The notes beneath the pieces were generated by a model. It searched no databases. It was given only the letters and a program-made list of their open reading frames with translations, and had not been told where the DNA came from. From Monocercomonoides exilis PA203 (lineage: Eukaryota; Protista; Preaxostyla), in NCBI GenBank assembly GCA_001643675.2, contig LSRY02000056.1:186001-250000 (forward strand): 64,000 nucleotides of DNA, read 5' to 3'. Of this stretch, positions 37,901 through 48,703 are shown piece after piece. Position 1 is the stretch's first letter, and each line of letters starts with the position of its first letter. Position numbers and translations under genes: made by a program.

Positions 37901-40196
37901 GAAGTTTGACCAGACGGTGCAGCAGATGCAAGAGCAGTTCAGCTGGAAAGAAGATCGGATCAAGAAGCATTATGAGCAGATTGACCAGCAGAACCAGAAG
38001 GCGTTTGATGCGCTGAAGGAGGAGATGAAGGCGCTGGCAGACAAATACGAGACGGCGTTGCGGCAGCAGACGGAGGAATCGATGGAGGAGATCACGCAGG
38101 TGAAAGGGACTCACGAAGAGGAGCTGAACAGAGAGAGGGTGAGAAGGAGGGACATGGACGAGAACATTCTGTATCTCCAGACGCAGCTGCGGCAGGCGAT
38201 CGATGCAGTGCCTCCGCTTCAGAGCGAGCGGATGGAGATGCAGAAGAAGTATGCAGACGCAAAGGCGACGGTGGAGCAGCTGCGGGCGGAGCTAAGGGCA
38301 CAGGACGTGAGGATGAGCGAGCACGAGGAGTCGATCACAGACAAGGAGACACTCATTCTGCGGTTGAAGAAGCAGAACCAAGAACTGGACAAGTTCAAGT
38401 TTGTACTGGACTACAAGATCAGGGAGCTGGAGAAGACGATCGAGCCGAAAAACGAGCAGATAGCAGCGCTGGAGGAGCAGATAGAGGAGATGGATGCAGA
38501 GCTGGAGAAGGAGCACAGGCACGGGGCAGCGATGGATGCAGAGCTTGTTGAGAAGCAGAGGCGGATGGATGTGCTGAAGGACGAGAACCGGCAGCTGAAG
38601 ACGAAGACGACGAAGCAGGCGCGGCTGATTGAGCGGTTCAGCCACGACCTGACGCAGCTGGTGCAGCAGGAGCCGCGGGTGTGGATAGAGGAATTTCCGA
38701 CTCTTTCGCAGACGTTTCTGGCAGGCGAAGGGCCACACGACACAACACCGCAGATGGACAGCGAGAAGCTGAAGGAGTTTGGGCGGCAGCGGGAATATTT
38801 GGAGCAGTCGGTGAAAGTGCTGAAAGAGGACTTGAACAGGCACAAGAGCAAAGGGAGGCGGGATGTGCTGGAGAAGCTGGATGAGAACATCCAGCTGATT
38901 GAGGAGATAAACGAGCTGAGGAAAGAGAAGAGAGCGCTGCTCGACACAATCACAGACATCAAAAAGGACATCATTGGCCTCCGCTCGCAGATGGTGGTGA
39001 AGGCAGCACAGAGCAGAATGAAGGAGATGCACGGCTTGCCTGCTGCCTCTGCATCTACATCATCTGCTGGAGCAATGGGAAGTGAATCACTTCCAGAAAG
39101 CACAAAAAGAAAGACCAAAGGCAGAAAGAATGAAGCTGGCAATGAATTTGACACTATTTTTGATGGAAAATCGAGAAGAGCAAAAGATCTGAGCAAAAAT
39201 GAAGCAGATTTTGAATCAGAAAGAGTGGCAGGTGACGGAGTGCGAGCAGGTGGCAAGCCGAAAGGGAAGCTGTATCGGGGATCAACGAGAGAGACTCAGG
39301 AGATATTGGAAGGCAAAACCCGCGCGGCGGAGCTGCTGGTGCTGCTGGACGCGAACACAGCTGAGATGAAGCGGCAGCAGGAGGAGCTGAACATGCTAAG
39401 GACATTCATGGAAGACCTCGTGGCCAAAGCAGACGCTGAGCCTGGCCAAGACGAAGAGCTCGCCCACATCGCCGAGGCTGCCCGTGCTGTCCTGCGGCCG
39501 CTCAACCGCACAAGACTCCCAGAACTGGGTGGGAACAAGCCACGTCGTGCCACTCTGTCATCGATGATGCTCTCATCTGCGCAGACAGAGTCGCCAGCGG
39601 CTGTTAAGCGAATCTCTCACTCTCCTCTGGGGATGATGGCAACGTCTTCTCTTTTGGGGCGCACGTCACCCGCCCCGTTTTCTCCCCGCATCAGCCGCCA
39701 CAACAGCCAGCAGCGTTCCTCCCTCCGCTCGCAGTCATCTGCTGCTGCCCTCCCAAACTCTTCGGCCAGACACAGCGCCTCCTCTTCTGCCAAGCCCTCT
39801 TCTCCTTCTGTTCTGCCTGTCTATTCCACCACCAACTCCCTTGCTGATGTGAGTGTGCTGCAGTCGATTGATCCGCTCCCTCCGCCTTCGACGAAGCCCA
39901 AGACACCTGCCCGGCTGCCGATGCTGCCTTCCTCGCGCCCATCCTCCCGCTCGTCTCTGAAGTCCTCCTCGCTCATCAGGGGCGACACTCCACAAATGGC
40001 AAATGAATCAAACTTGTCTTCGCGTGTTTCGTCTCCGCCGAGCATTCAGCAGGACCCTCTTTCGTCGCCCATGCGCTCAACGGCCTTTGAAAGCACAGAA
40101 GAAAGAATAGACGATTTATCCATCCCTTCTTCATCTTCCCCAGCCAATTTGTCTGAAAACTTTATGTCCCCTCAACTTCCTTCTTCTCCTGTTTAA
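34961..40196 (+). CDS. CFAP57: Cilia- and flagella-associated protein 57 (WDR65); intron 35011-35074
   Basis: N-terminal HAFG...NVFHLDNDRIVYPVG, FHSGAITSLSAAVRKPIAATCGTDGWVRIWNY, and coiled coil with LKKQNQELDKFKFVLDYKIRELEKTIEPK. Confidence 0.93.
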
Positions 40197-41148
40197 ATGT
40201 TATAACATTTCTCATTATCCACTTCAACGTGATGGAGTTAAGTTTTTCATGTTCATAATGTTTATTATTTTTTTTAAAATATAATCACTTCGGATACTCA
40301 TTTCATTTTTATTTCAAGTAAAGAAATTAATATCTGAAACTTTTCAAAAACGAATCTAAATGGATTTCGAACAAAAAAGGATCGTTGGAATTTATCACAG
40401 CATTTCATGTTCTTTACATATCTAACACTCTTTTTATTTGCGTTCATTAATGATTTTCCAAAATATATCTCGAACGGTCCATGTACGATGAGTGACAAAA
40501 TTAAACAACATTTTTATTTCCTTTTTGTAAATTAATCCTGATTCTAATCTTCCAAATGTTCGTCTTTCTTCCTCAAGTGACATTAGCAGCAATAATTCAT
40601 CTCGTTCTCTTTCTTTCCTCTGGTTTCCCTATTAGTTTTATCTTCTTCAATTTTTGCTTTTTCACCTTTTTCAAGAAAAAGATGGAAAAGAATGTTGGAA
40701 TTAATCCATTGTAAGATGTTCCGTTGTAATTGAGCTTAACGAAGAAAATATTTGAATTGGAAGGTTTGTCATTACAAAAGAGATGCTGTATTTCTCTTTT
40801 CACTTAAACAAATCACTCGCAATGCTTTCAATCTTAGATGTGATATCAATCTTAAGTCTCATTTTTCTGCATATTTTGAATTTGCTCTTTTAACTTCTCG
40901 AATTTTATGACAGAATATCTAAACGATTATATGAAAATATAAATTGTAAAATATTTATTGTATTTTTTTTTTTAATTGAAATAAACGTGGTGATGTTCCA
41001 ATGAACAATATCTAATTTCTCAAACAAATTAAAAAGATATGCAGTCATAATAATTATATAAATAATGCATCAATAACAATATTTGTTAACAAGTTATTTA
41101 AAAAATTTTGGATCCTTTCCATACTTTGATTTGATTTGGTGAGATCTT

Positions 41149-42168
41149 ATGCCTAAACAAGCTGCAAAAGCTCCAGCGAAGGCTGTTCCAAAGCCAAAGA
41201 CCAAGAAAGATGAAAAGAAAGTGACAAAGAAAGTTACAGAAAAGCCAAAGGTTAAAGTTGCAGCAAAGCCTGCACCAGCAAAGGGAAAGGATACAAAGAA
41301 AACAACAGCAAAACCAGTTGTCAAGGCTAAAGCAGGAAAAGCCACAAAACAAGTTCCAAAGGACGCAAAAAAAACTCAACCAAAGAAGAAGGTTGAGAAG
41401 AGAAAGAAGACAAAAGAGGAGAAGACTCTTGACGTTGCATCTCAGATCAAGGAGCATCAATGCATAAAGCGCCCAAGACACTTCCATATCGGCGGAGATC
41501 TTCCTCCACCACGTGATTTGAGCAGAATGGTGAAATGGCCCAGATACATCAGACTTCAAAGAATGAAAAAAATCATGTACACTCGCTTGAAGATTCCGGC
41601 AATGATCAACCAATTCACATCGACTCTCAGCAAACAAAATGCCAAGAAAGTTTTCAGTCTTATTAAAAAGTATCGTCCAGAAACCGAGACTCAAAAGAAG
41701 AAGCGTCTTTTGGCAATGGCAAAGGCAAAGAAACAAAAGAAAACTGTCAAGCAACAAAAGCCTTTCGTTGTTAAATTTGGTGTTAATCATGTTGCTTCAC
41801 TTGTTGAGCAAAAGAAGGCAAGACTTGTTGTTATTGCCAACGATGTTGATCCAATTGAGCACGTTCTTTGGCTTCCAACTCTTTGCAGAAAGATGGATGT
41901 TCCTTATTGCATTGTAAAGAACAAAGCTCGTCTCGGACGCGCAGTTCATCTTAAGACTGCAACCTGCCTTGCATTCGTGAATGTTCGTCCAGCAGATAAG
42001 CACGAGCTCACAAAGGTCAATGCAATGTGCAGAGCCAACTACAACAACAAAGCCGAGCAAATTGCACGTGCTGTTGGTGGAGGTAAATTAGGTCTGCGTT
42101 CCTCAATTGCACTGAAAAAGAGAGCTGAAGCCCTTAAGAAGGCTTCACTTGACAAGCACAAGGCATAA
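41149..42168 (+). CDS. RPL7A: 60S ribosomal protein eL8 (L7a) with K/A/P-rich N-terminal extension
   Basis: Motifs RDLSRMVKWPRYIRLQR, PAMINQF, KKARLVVIANDVDPIE and LPTLCRKMDVPYCIVKNKARLG. Confidence 0.97.
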   Translation: MPKQAAKAPAKAVPKPKTKKDEKKVTKKVTEKPKVKVAAKPAPAKGKDTKKTTAKPVVKAKAGKATKQVPKDAKKTQPKKKVEKRKKTKEEKTLDVASQIKEHQCIKRPRHFHIGGDLPPPRDLSRMVKWPRYIRLQRMKKIMYTRLKIPAMINQFTSTLSKQNAKKVFSLIKKYRPETETQKKKRLLAMAKAKKQKKTVKQQKPFVVKFGVNHVASLVEQKKARLVVIANDVDPIEHVLWLPTLCRKMDVPYCIVKNKARLGRAVHLKTATCLAFVNVRPADKHELTKVNAMCRANYNNKAEQIARAVGGGKLGLRSSIALKKRAEALKKASLDKHKA

Positions 42169-42964
42169 ATTCAGATGTTTTCATTACACACCTGCATAAT
42201 TTGAATTGATCAATTCATTTAAAAATTTTTAATATGCAAAGTAGTTGTTTTCTCAACTTATTTCTTTTATGTCATTGATTCAACAGAACGTTGCGAAGTT
42301 AAAAAAAGAAAATTTTAAGAATCCGATTTCATGAATCAATAATTATTCTCTTTTGGAAATTTTTTGATGGTTCAAAAATCAACTTTAAAAATAAATAGAA
42401 TAATTTGAAAATCCGTTTAAAAGGCTATACTAACTTATGTGATCGAAAGTATGTGTTTTGTTATGTGAGTATATTAAGTTATGACAATTAAAAATTCATT
42501 TTTCTCAATATTATAATAAAAAAAGTATCTGAAATTTTTTATTTTTTCCTTCGCGATTGCAAATTGTTTCTTTATAACTGTGACATCAATAATAACTTCA
42601 ATGTCATGTTTATCAATTCGCTTTGTGTAATTTCTGTTTTTCCCGTTTTAACAACAGCAATTTTCAATTAATATTATTTTATTGTTTGAACGTTATCGGA
42701 AAACAATTAATTATAATTATTGCCTCACAATATTTAAAAGACGAATGTTAAAACGTATATATGCCTCTTTTTCAAATTTTCGTTTTTTATAAAGAACATT
42801 TTATATTTTTAATAAATTTTTTCTTTTCGATATTCATCTTCTTATTTAACCAATTATTCAATTTTCTATCATGTTCCAAATTCTATAAACCTTTTATCTT
42901 TTGATGCTCCATATTTTTAACTCTCTTCATCCTCAGGATTCCTCGCAAATAGATTTTTAATATC

Positions 42965-44576
42965 CATCATCTCCTTCTCTCTTCACTCGTCCCTCTCCAT
43001 CCACTCAACCATCTTCCTCCACGCTCGCAACCTCATCGATGGAGCTATTCTCCCCAACCTCAACAGCCCATCCACTTCACTCTCTGCCTTCAACACATCT
43101 TTCCTCCACCAAACACGATCTTCACCAAATGCTGCTGTGGTTTATGTTGGAACTGAAGCTGATAGAAAGAGACCAGGAAGACTGACTTCCTTCGATACAA
43201 GCAGCCATCGCTTTGAATGGTGCGAATGGAATAATTCCACTGGTGGAAATGATGATGGAGGGGCACTTTTCGTGACTCGCGCAAATGCCAATCTCACAAT
43301 CACTTCTTGTTCATTTTTCAATTGTTCAACTGATGGGGAAGGCGGGGCGCTTTACGGTCAAAATTTGTTAAATATAAACATCGCAAAATCGAATTTCACG
43401 AGTTGTTCTGCGTCTCATGGAGGAGCAGTGCATGTATCCTATCCACAAACATATTCTGTTTGGTCATTCTCAGATAATAGAGTGGAGCGTTGTTCAGTAT
43501 CAGGTTCGAGTGGTTCTGGTTGGTATTTTGGGGTTGGCGGAACTCTGACAACTCTTCAATTCCTGTTTTCGAAATGCAAGTGCATTGCAAACACTGGGCT
43601 TGATTCATCTGGAGCAGTCACGTTTTATTATCCTCCCTCCGCAAAGCCAATTGAGTTTTCAGTCAATGATTGTCAGTTTATAAACAACACATTGACAAAT
43701 TCGTCGATGTTTGGAGGTGGTGGACTGTGCTGCACAGCAATATATCCCTGGATGAGCGGAACCAAAATTATATCCTTCTGTTTCTTCGATGACAACACCG
43801 CTGCAAAAGGCAGAGGAAACGACGTGTTCTTCAATGGAAGCAGCATCACACAATCTCCATTCCAGCAATGTGGCTCAACAACCGCAACAAAAAGAGTACG
43901 GAATCGTGGAACAGCAGATAATGCTGAGTACAATAGCTGGGTCCCCCTTATCACCCAGAACAAAATTGTTGCTAACAGCGGAATTGATGCTGATGCATGC
44001 GGCAGAACGAAGGAAAACCCATGTGCCACAATCGAGTATGCCCTCGGATGCGTTGCTCCCTTCCAAGATGCCTCTCTCATTCTCCTCAAATCCACCTTTG
44101 CGCCCGTCCAGACGCTTATCTTCCTTGCTTTTGACACGAAAATCACGGGAAATGGAACAACCACCACCATTGCGTCAGATTGCATTCCTCAACCTCCGTC
44201 ATCATTTTCATCCTCATCATCATCAACAACATCTTCTTCTTCACCAGATCCTTCTGCCTCTTCTGCCCTCTTCCAACAGACCCAGGGCTCCCTCACAGTC
44301 TCTGCCCTCGCCATCGCCCACAACTCCACAAATCCCATCACCCCCATCCTTTTCCACCTCTCCAATAACTCCCCTTCTCTCAACCTCAACACAACCACCA
44401 TCACCGGAACAACCCCATCTTCATCATCAATCACAACTCCCCTCTTCTTCCTCACTGCTGGCTTCCTCGCCCTCAACCACACAGCAATCACCAGTCTCCC
44501 CCTCAACAGCCAAAGCATCTTCCACCTCACCTCCCTCACAGCTCCCCTTACCCTCAACTTCCCCAACTCTCTATGA
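42965..44576 (+). pseudogene. 5'- and 3'-truncated fragment of the GGA-motif surface protein family
   Basis: Frame is open from ~42965 with no ATG or signal peptide. Motifs DGAILPNLN..FNTSF, repeated GGAL/GGAV and GIDADACGRTKENPCATI. It stops at LTLNFPNSL, where the paralog at ~4980 continues; no TM anchor. Confidence 0.75.
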
Positions 44577-45043
44577 TTTCGCAGTGAGCAATGCTAGCTT
44601 CACTGCATGTGATATGAATGTTGAAGCAAAGGTGGAAAGAAGAATACGCTCTTCTTTGAAAAGAAGTCTATTTAAGGGATTTATGAGTATGAAGTTTGAA
44701 AGAAGAAGAAATGACAGCGAAGATATTGAAGATATCTGAAGAGTGAGAAAGAAAAGGGTAAATTAAAATAAAAAGAGAAAGGTTGTTATGAAAATTGGAG
44801 ATAAAAAAAAAAAAAAAATAGAAAGAATATGAGTGAAAATATGATAAAAATTTTGGAAAATGAAAAAGGAAAAGGAAATATGTATACGATTCTGCAACTT
44901 CAACATCTTCATTTTATGTTTGAAATGATAATATGTTCTGAATAATAAAACATGTGAATGAAATGAATTTGCTCATCAAAATTGTCAAACTATTGCAATT
45001 TTCTTTTTGTTGCTTAAACAAAAATTATACAGATTGGGCAAAT

Positions 45044-46530
45044 GGTACTTATAAGCCACCTCACAAAACTTTATAAAACAAAGAAATAATCAAAGAGAGC
45101 AGTTGTTTTTTATTTTAAGAAGAATGATATGTGGAAAATTCGGTCTTTATTTATTGGCCTCCCATTCAGATGCATCAGCTCCATCCCCATCCCTGTCTGA
45201 TGATGTATCTGTTTCAAGCACATAATCAGACTCTGAAGATTCTTCTTCGTGTAATATTTCAGCTCCAACCTCTTCTTCCTCTTCTTCTGGGCCAAAAGCT
45301 TCATCCTCAAGAGCTTTGTGTTCTTCATCACTGTATTTCATCACATTCGACACAAAAATGGAAAAATCAACTTTTCGATTTCTGAAAAACAAAAATGAAT
45401 AAATAAATTCTTGCATTCGATTTGGTCTTTCTCCATGTGAAGGCATGAACTTACGAAGTGCAGCCCACAATGCTTCTATATGATTAGTGCAAGCACCGGG
45501 AATTGCATCTGAATAAGTGAGTAATAACATTTCATGAAAAAAAGACAATAAAAAGAGAAAATAAAAACCCAAAAAATGCTCGGAATGATTGACAGTCTTG
45601 CGTGTGAATCCATTCTCACTCAAAAAAGAATATGCTTTCCATTTATCAGAATGTATTTCTGTTCCGGGACGAATATATGTTTTAATTAACGGAATTAATA
45701 CAGAAGCAGATCTGTTGCCCATAGCATAAACAAATGCTTTTCCTCCACGTTCATGAGTACCGAAAATCCATGTTTGCTTCTTGGCACGTCCTAATAAAAA
45801 AATATTTCAATATATAATAATATTTCAATAGATAAAGAATTAAAACCTCTCTTGTATTTTCGCCTTCTCCAAACAGCTTCATCATTTTCTTCAATGCGGC
45901 CAGGATCTCCCATAGGAATTTGAATTCCACATTTCATCATATCGCATGTTCTCATGCAAATGTAATTATTATAAGAAACATTATGTCTTTCGCATGAAGT
46001 GAGAGAAGATGTTCGTTTTATATTGAGATGATGGTAAAAGAATAAAAGGATCAGAATTAGATTTGAAATTGAAAGCTCCAATTTTCAAAATAGAAATCCT
46101 ATCAAATTAAAAACTTCTTTTCCACATTTGCGGCATCTGAAGAACCATTTTCCTTTTCTTCCAATAATAAGAATCATTTATGAACGACAATTTGCAATTG
46201 GGCATCTTCTTACAGTGTTCACGACATAATCGTGAAGTCATTGCATTGTTTCTCCATTATCGTGAAAAATCTTCACCAAATTCTACATTTCCTCCGTTTA
46301 ATAATTCAATATTTGTCATTCATCAAAATTTTGATATTATATATATACTCATCAATATTATTACTAATAATTTTGTTTATTTATATTTTGAATTTTTTAT
46401 GGATTTACAAAATATTTTCTTCATAAATCTGATTTTTCCACTTAGTAACTATTGAATTATCTATTCAAATATGCTTTAAACATATTATAAAAAGTTTGTC
46501 TTTAATTTGGCAAGGTGGCGAATAAGTGCC
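45044..46530 (-). mobile_element. Merlin (IS1595/IS1016-family) DNA transposon, ~1.49 kb, with imperfect TIRs
   Basis: Left end GGTACTTATAAGCCACCT (45044); right end reverse-complemented GGCACTTATTCGCCACCT (46530). They enclose a DDE transposase. No target-site duplication recognisable. Confidence 0.9.
45147..46323 (-). pseudogene. Merlin transposase with N-terminal zinc ribbon, two introns (45846-45791, 45568-45509) and in-frame stops
   Basis: Reads CPIANC...FRCRKC; DEAVWRRRKYKRG|RAKKQTWIFG; LIPLIKTYIRPGTEIHSDKWKAY; TVNHSEHFL|DAIPGACTNHIEALW. Stops at 46180 (TAA) and 46087 (TGA). Start position approximate. Confidence 0.88.
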
Positions 46531-47647
46531 ATATGTCAATGAATTTTGTGAAAATAGAATTATCCTATTCTAATTTGTTTTTGATTGTATTAATATAAAC
46601 TTTATGCAAGAATCAAAATCTTCAGAAAACTTTCATTTTTTTAGAGAATATTTTTAAAATTTTCAAATAAAATTCACACAGTGAGAAAAAGTGAAATTTG
46701 CATCACTATTGCAAAAACAGAAATTTTGTTCGAAAAAATTTTATTTTTTTTTACAAAAATTGTTATTTTGAATGACATATTAGTTTTTTGCATGAAAAAA
46801 TTAATAATTTATTTGCCAAATTAATTATTCAACAGCAAACTTTCTCAGTTAGAATTATAATTGTTATACAGCTTTAAAATTTTTGATTTTTTCATTACAA
46901 CATTCCTAATTTATTATTTTTTTCAAAGAAAAAAATAAAAAAATTAACAAATAGCAAGAAATGAAAAATGTGCAAATTGATTTTTGTATGAAAGGAAAAC
47001 AGTGATTAAGTTTTATCATTCTTTTTGGACAAGCTTTTTCTTCAATATAAAAGTCCAAAATTAGAACAAAATTTAGATGAACAATGAAATTGTTATGAGC
47101 ATTTTTATAGAAACATTTAATCAAAAACATCATCAAATTAATTTTATATTAAAATTTCGAAAGGAAGGAAATTAATCAAACAAAAAAGATTGTCACAAAT
47201 TCCACTGTTATTTCAAATTTGACAAAAGTAAAACAATATCAATAAAAAGAATATCATTTGTAAAAATTTCCATTTCTCAAGCAAGCGGTCGCTTGCAACT
47301 CACATTCGGATTTTATAGAATAGATTTCTCAGAATAGAAAGCATATAGTAAATAATGAATGTCAACAAACAAAACGAACTAACAACAATGATATAATTCA
47401 TCATCGTTCAATGTTCATATGGTCGTTGTATTCCACATTCAATGTTTCATTCATTCAATCACACATTCATATGCAATAATCACATTTATAAATGAAAAAA
47501 AAAATTCATTCATCACAAAGAAAACACGATAACATTCGAGCATTCATTCGTCATAAATATACAAACATAACACATACACATTCATTCATTCATCAATAAA
47601 AAAGAAATGAAAATATAAAGAAAAAATTCAATAAAATAACAAATAAA

Positions 47648-47703
47648 ATTGAGCCAAGGGGCAAGCTCAATGAGATGAACTTCTGACATTAAGTCAGACA
47701 TCT
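47648..47703. other. Tandem stem-loop pair downstream of Ran (structured 3' UTR element or small ncRNA candidate)
   Basis: ATTGAGC/GCTCAAT stem with 10-nt loop, followed directly by AGATG-(AACT bulge)-TCTGAC/GTCAGA-CATCT with 5-nt loop. Confidence 0.45.
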
Positions 47704-47758
47704 TCTTTGTAATAATTGAAGAATTATTTTTCTTCATAAAAATTGTAATTGGCTTTTT

Positions 47759-48448
47759 CTAGAAGCTATCTTCCATCATCTCCGCTGGGGGCATCGGAAT
47801 GGCATTAATGTATTGAGTTTCCAATTCTGAAGATTGCACAGTAAGGGGATCAATAATGACTTCTGGAGGCAATGTTGCAGGCTGCTCAACAAGTTCGACA
47901 TTAGATCCAATAAGCTTCGACAAAACCAATAAAAACGGCTTTTCGATATTGTAGTTTGCTTTTGCTGACATTTCCACATATAGCAGATTTTTCTTTCGAT
48001 GAAACGGCACTTGCTTTGTTTTAACTTGCCGATCTTTAACATCAATTTTGTTCCCGATAAGAACAATTGGAATATTATCACAAACTCTAGTCAGATCCCT
48101 ATGCCACTTTTCAACACTTGTATATGTAAACATTGAAGTTACGTCAAAGAAAATAAATGCACAATTAGCCTGTATGTAATATCCATCTCTAAGTCCCCCA
48201 AATACTTCTTGGCCAGCAGTATCCCAAATGCAGAAATTAACAGGTCCTTTGTTTGTATAAAGCTCGAGATTGGAAACAGTAGAACCAATTGTGGAAATAT
48301 ATCGCTTTTCAAATTCTCCAGTTAAGTGTCTTTGGAGAAATGTAGTTTTTCCAGTTGCTCCGTCGCCAACAAGCACAAGCTTCAATGAAGGAACTTTTTT
48401 TGCTTCATCCGCAATAATCTTATCTCCTTTTAAGTTTTCTTGGATCAT
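47759..48448 (-). CDS. RAN: Ran GTPase, divergent and intronless
   Basis: Motifs [54 protein letters not shown] and [13 protein letters not shown]. Confidence 0.93.
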   Translation of the reverse strand: MIQENLKGDKIIADEAKKVPSLKLVLVGDGATGKTTFLQRHLTGEFEKRYISTIGSTVSNLELYTNKGPVNFCIWDTAGQEVFGGLRDGYYIQANCAFIFFDVTSMFTYTSVEKWHRDLTRVCDNIPIVLIGNKIDVKDRQVKTKQVPFHRKKNLLYVEMSAKANYNIEKPFLLVLSKLIGSNVELVEQPATLPPEVIIDPLTVQSSELETQYINAIPMPPAEMMEDSF

Positions 48449-48703
48449 AGAAATATTCTTTATTGAATTCGGAAAGAAAAAGAATTTGTAATTCCACGAT
48501 TGAATTTAAATGATCAAAAAGTTAATAAATTTATTAAGGTTTCAAAGAAGTTCTTTTTTTTTTTAATACATGCATTATTTAAAATTAAACTACAAAAGAT
48601 TATGTAAATGTACAGTAGTTTGAAATTATATCGAATTTCAAACAATTTCACAAAAACGAAAAAAAATTTAAGAACTTGACTAGTTAAAATGTTGACTTCT
48701 GAT

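Noticed and set aside
45030-46545. Target-site duplication around the Merlin element
   Set aside because: Flanks GGGCAAAT and ATATGTCA are not direct repeats.
47327-47405. ATGATGA...CTGA on the minus strand as a box C/D snoRNA
   Set aside because: No terminal stem and no recognisable rRNA-complementary guide; such boxes are common in AT-rich DNA.
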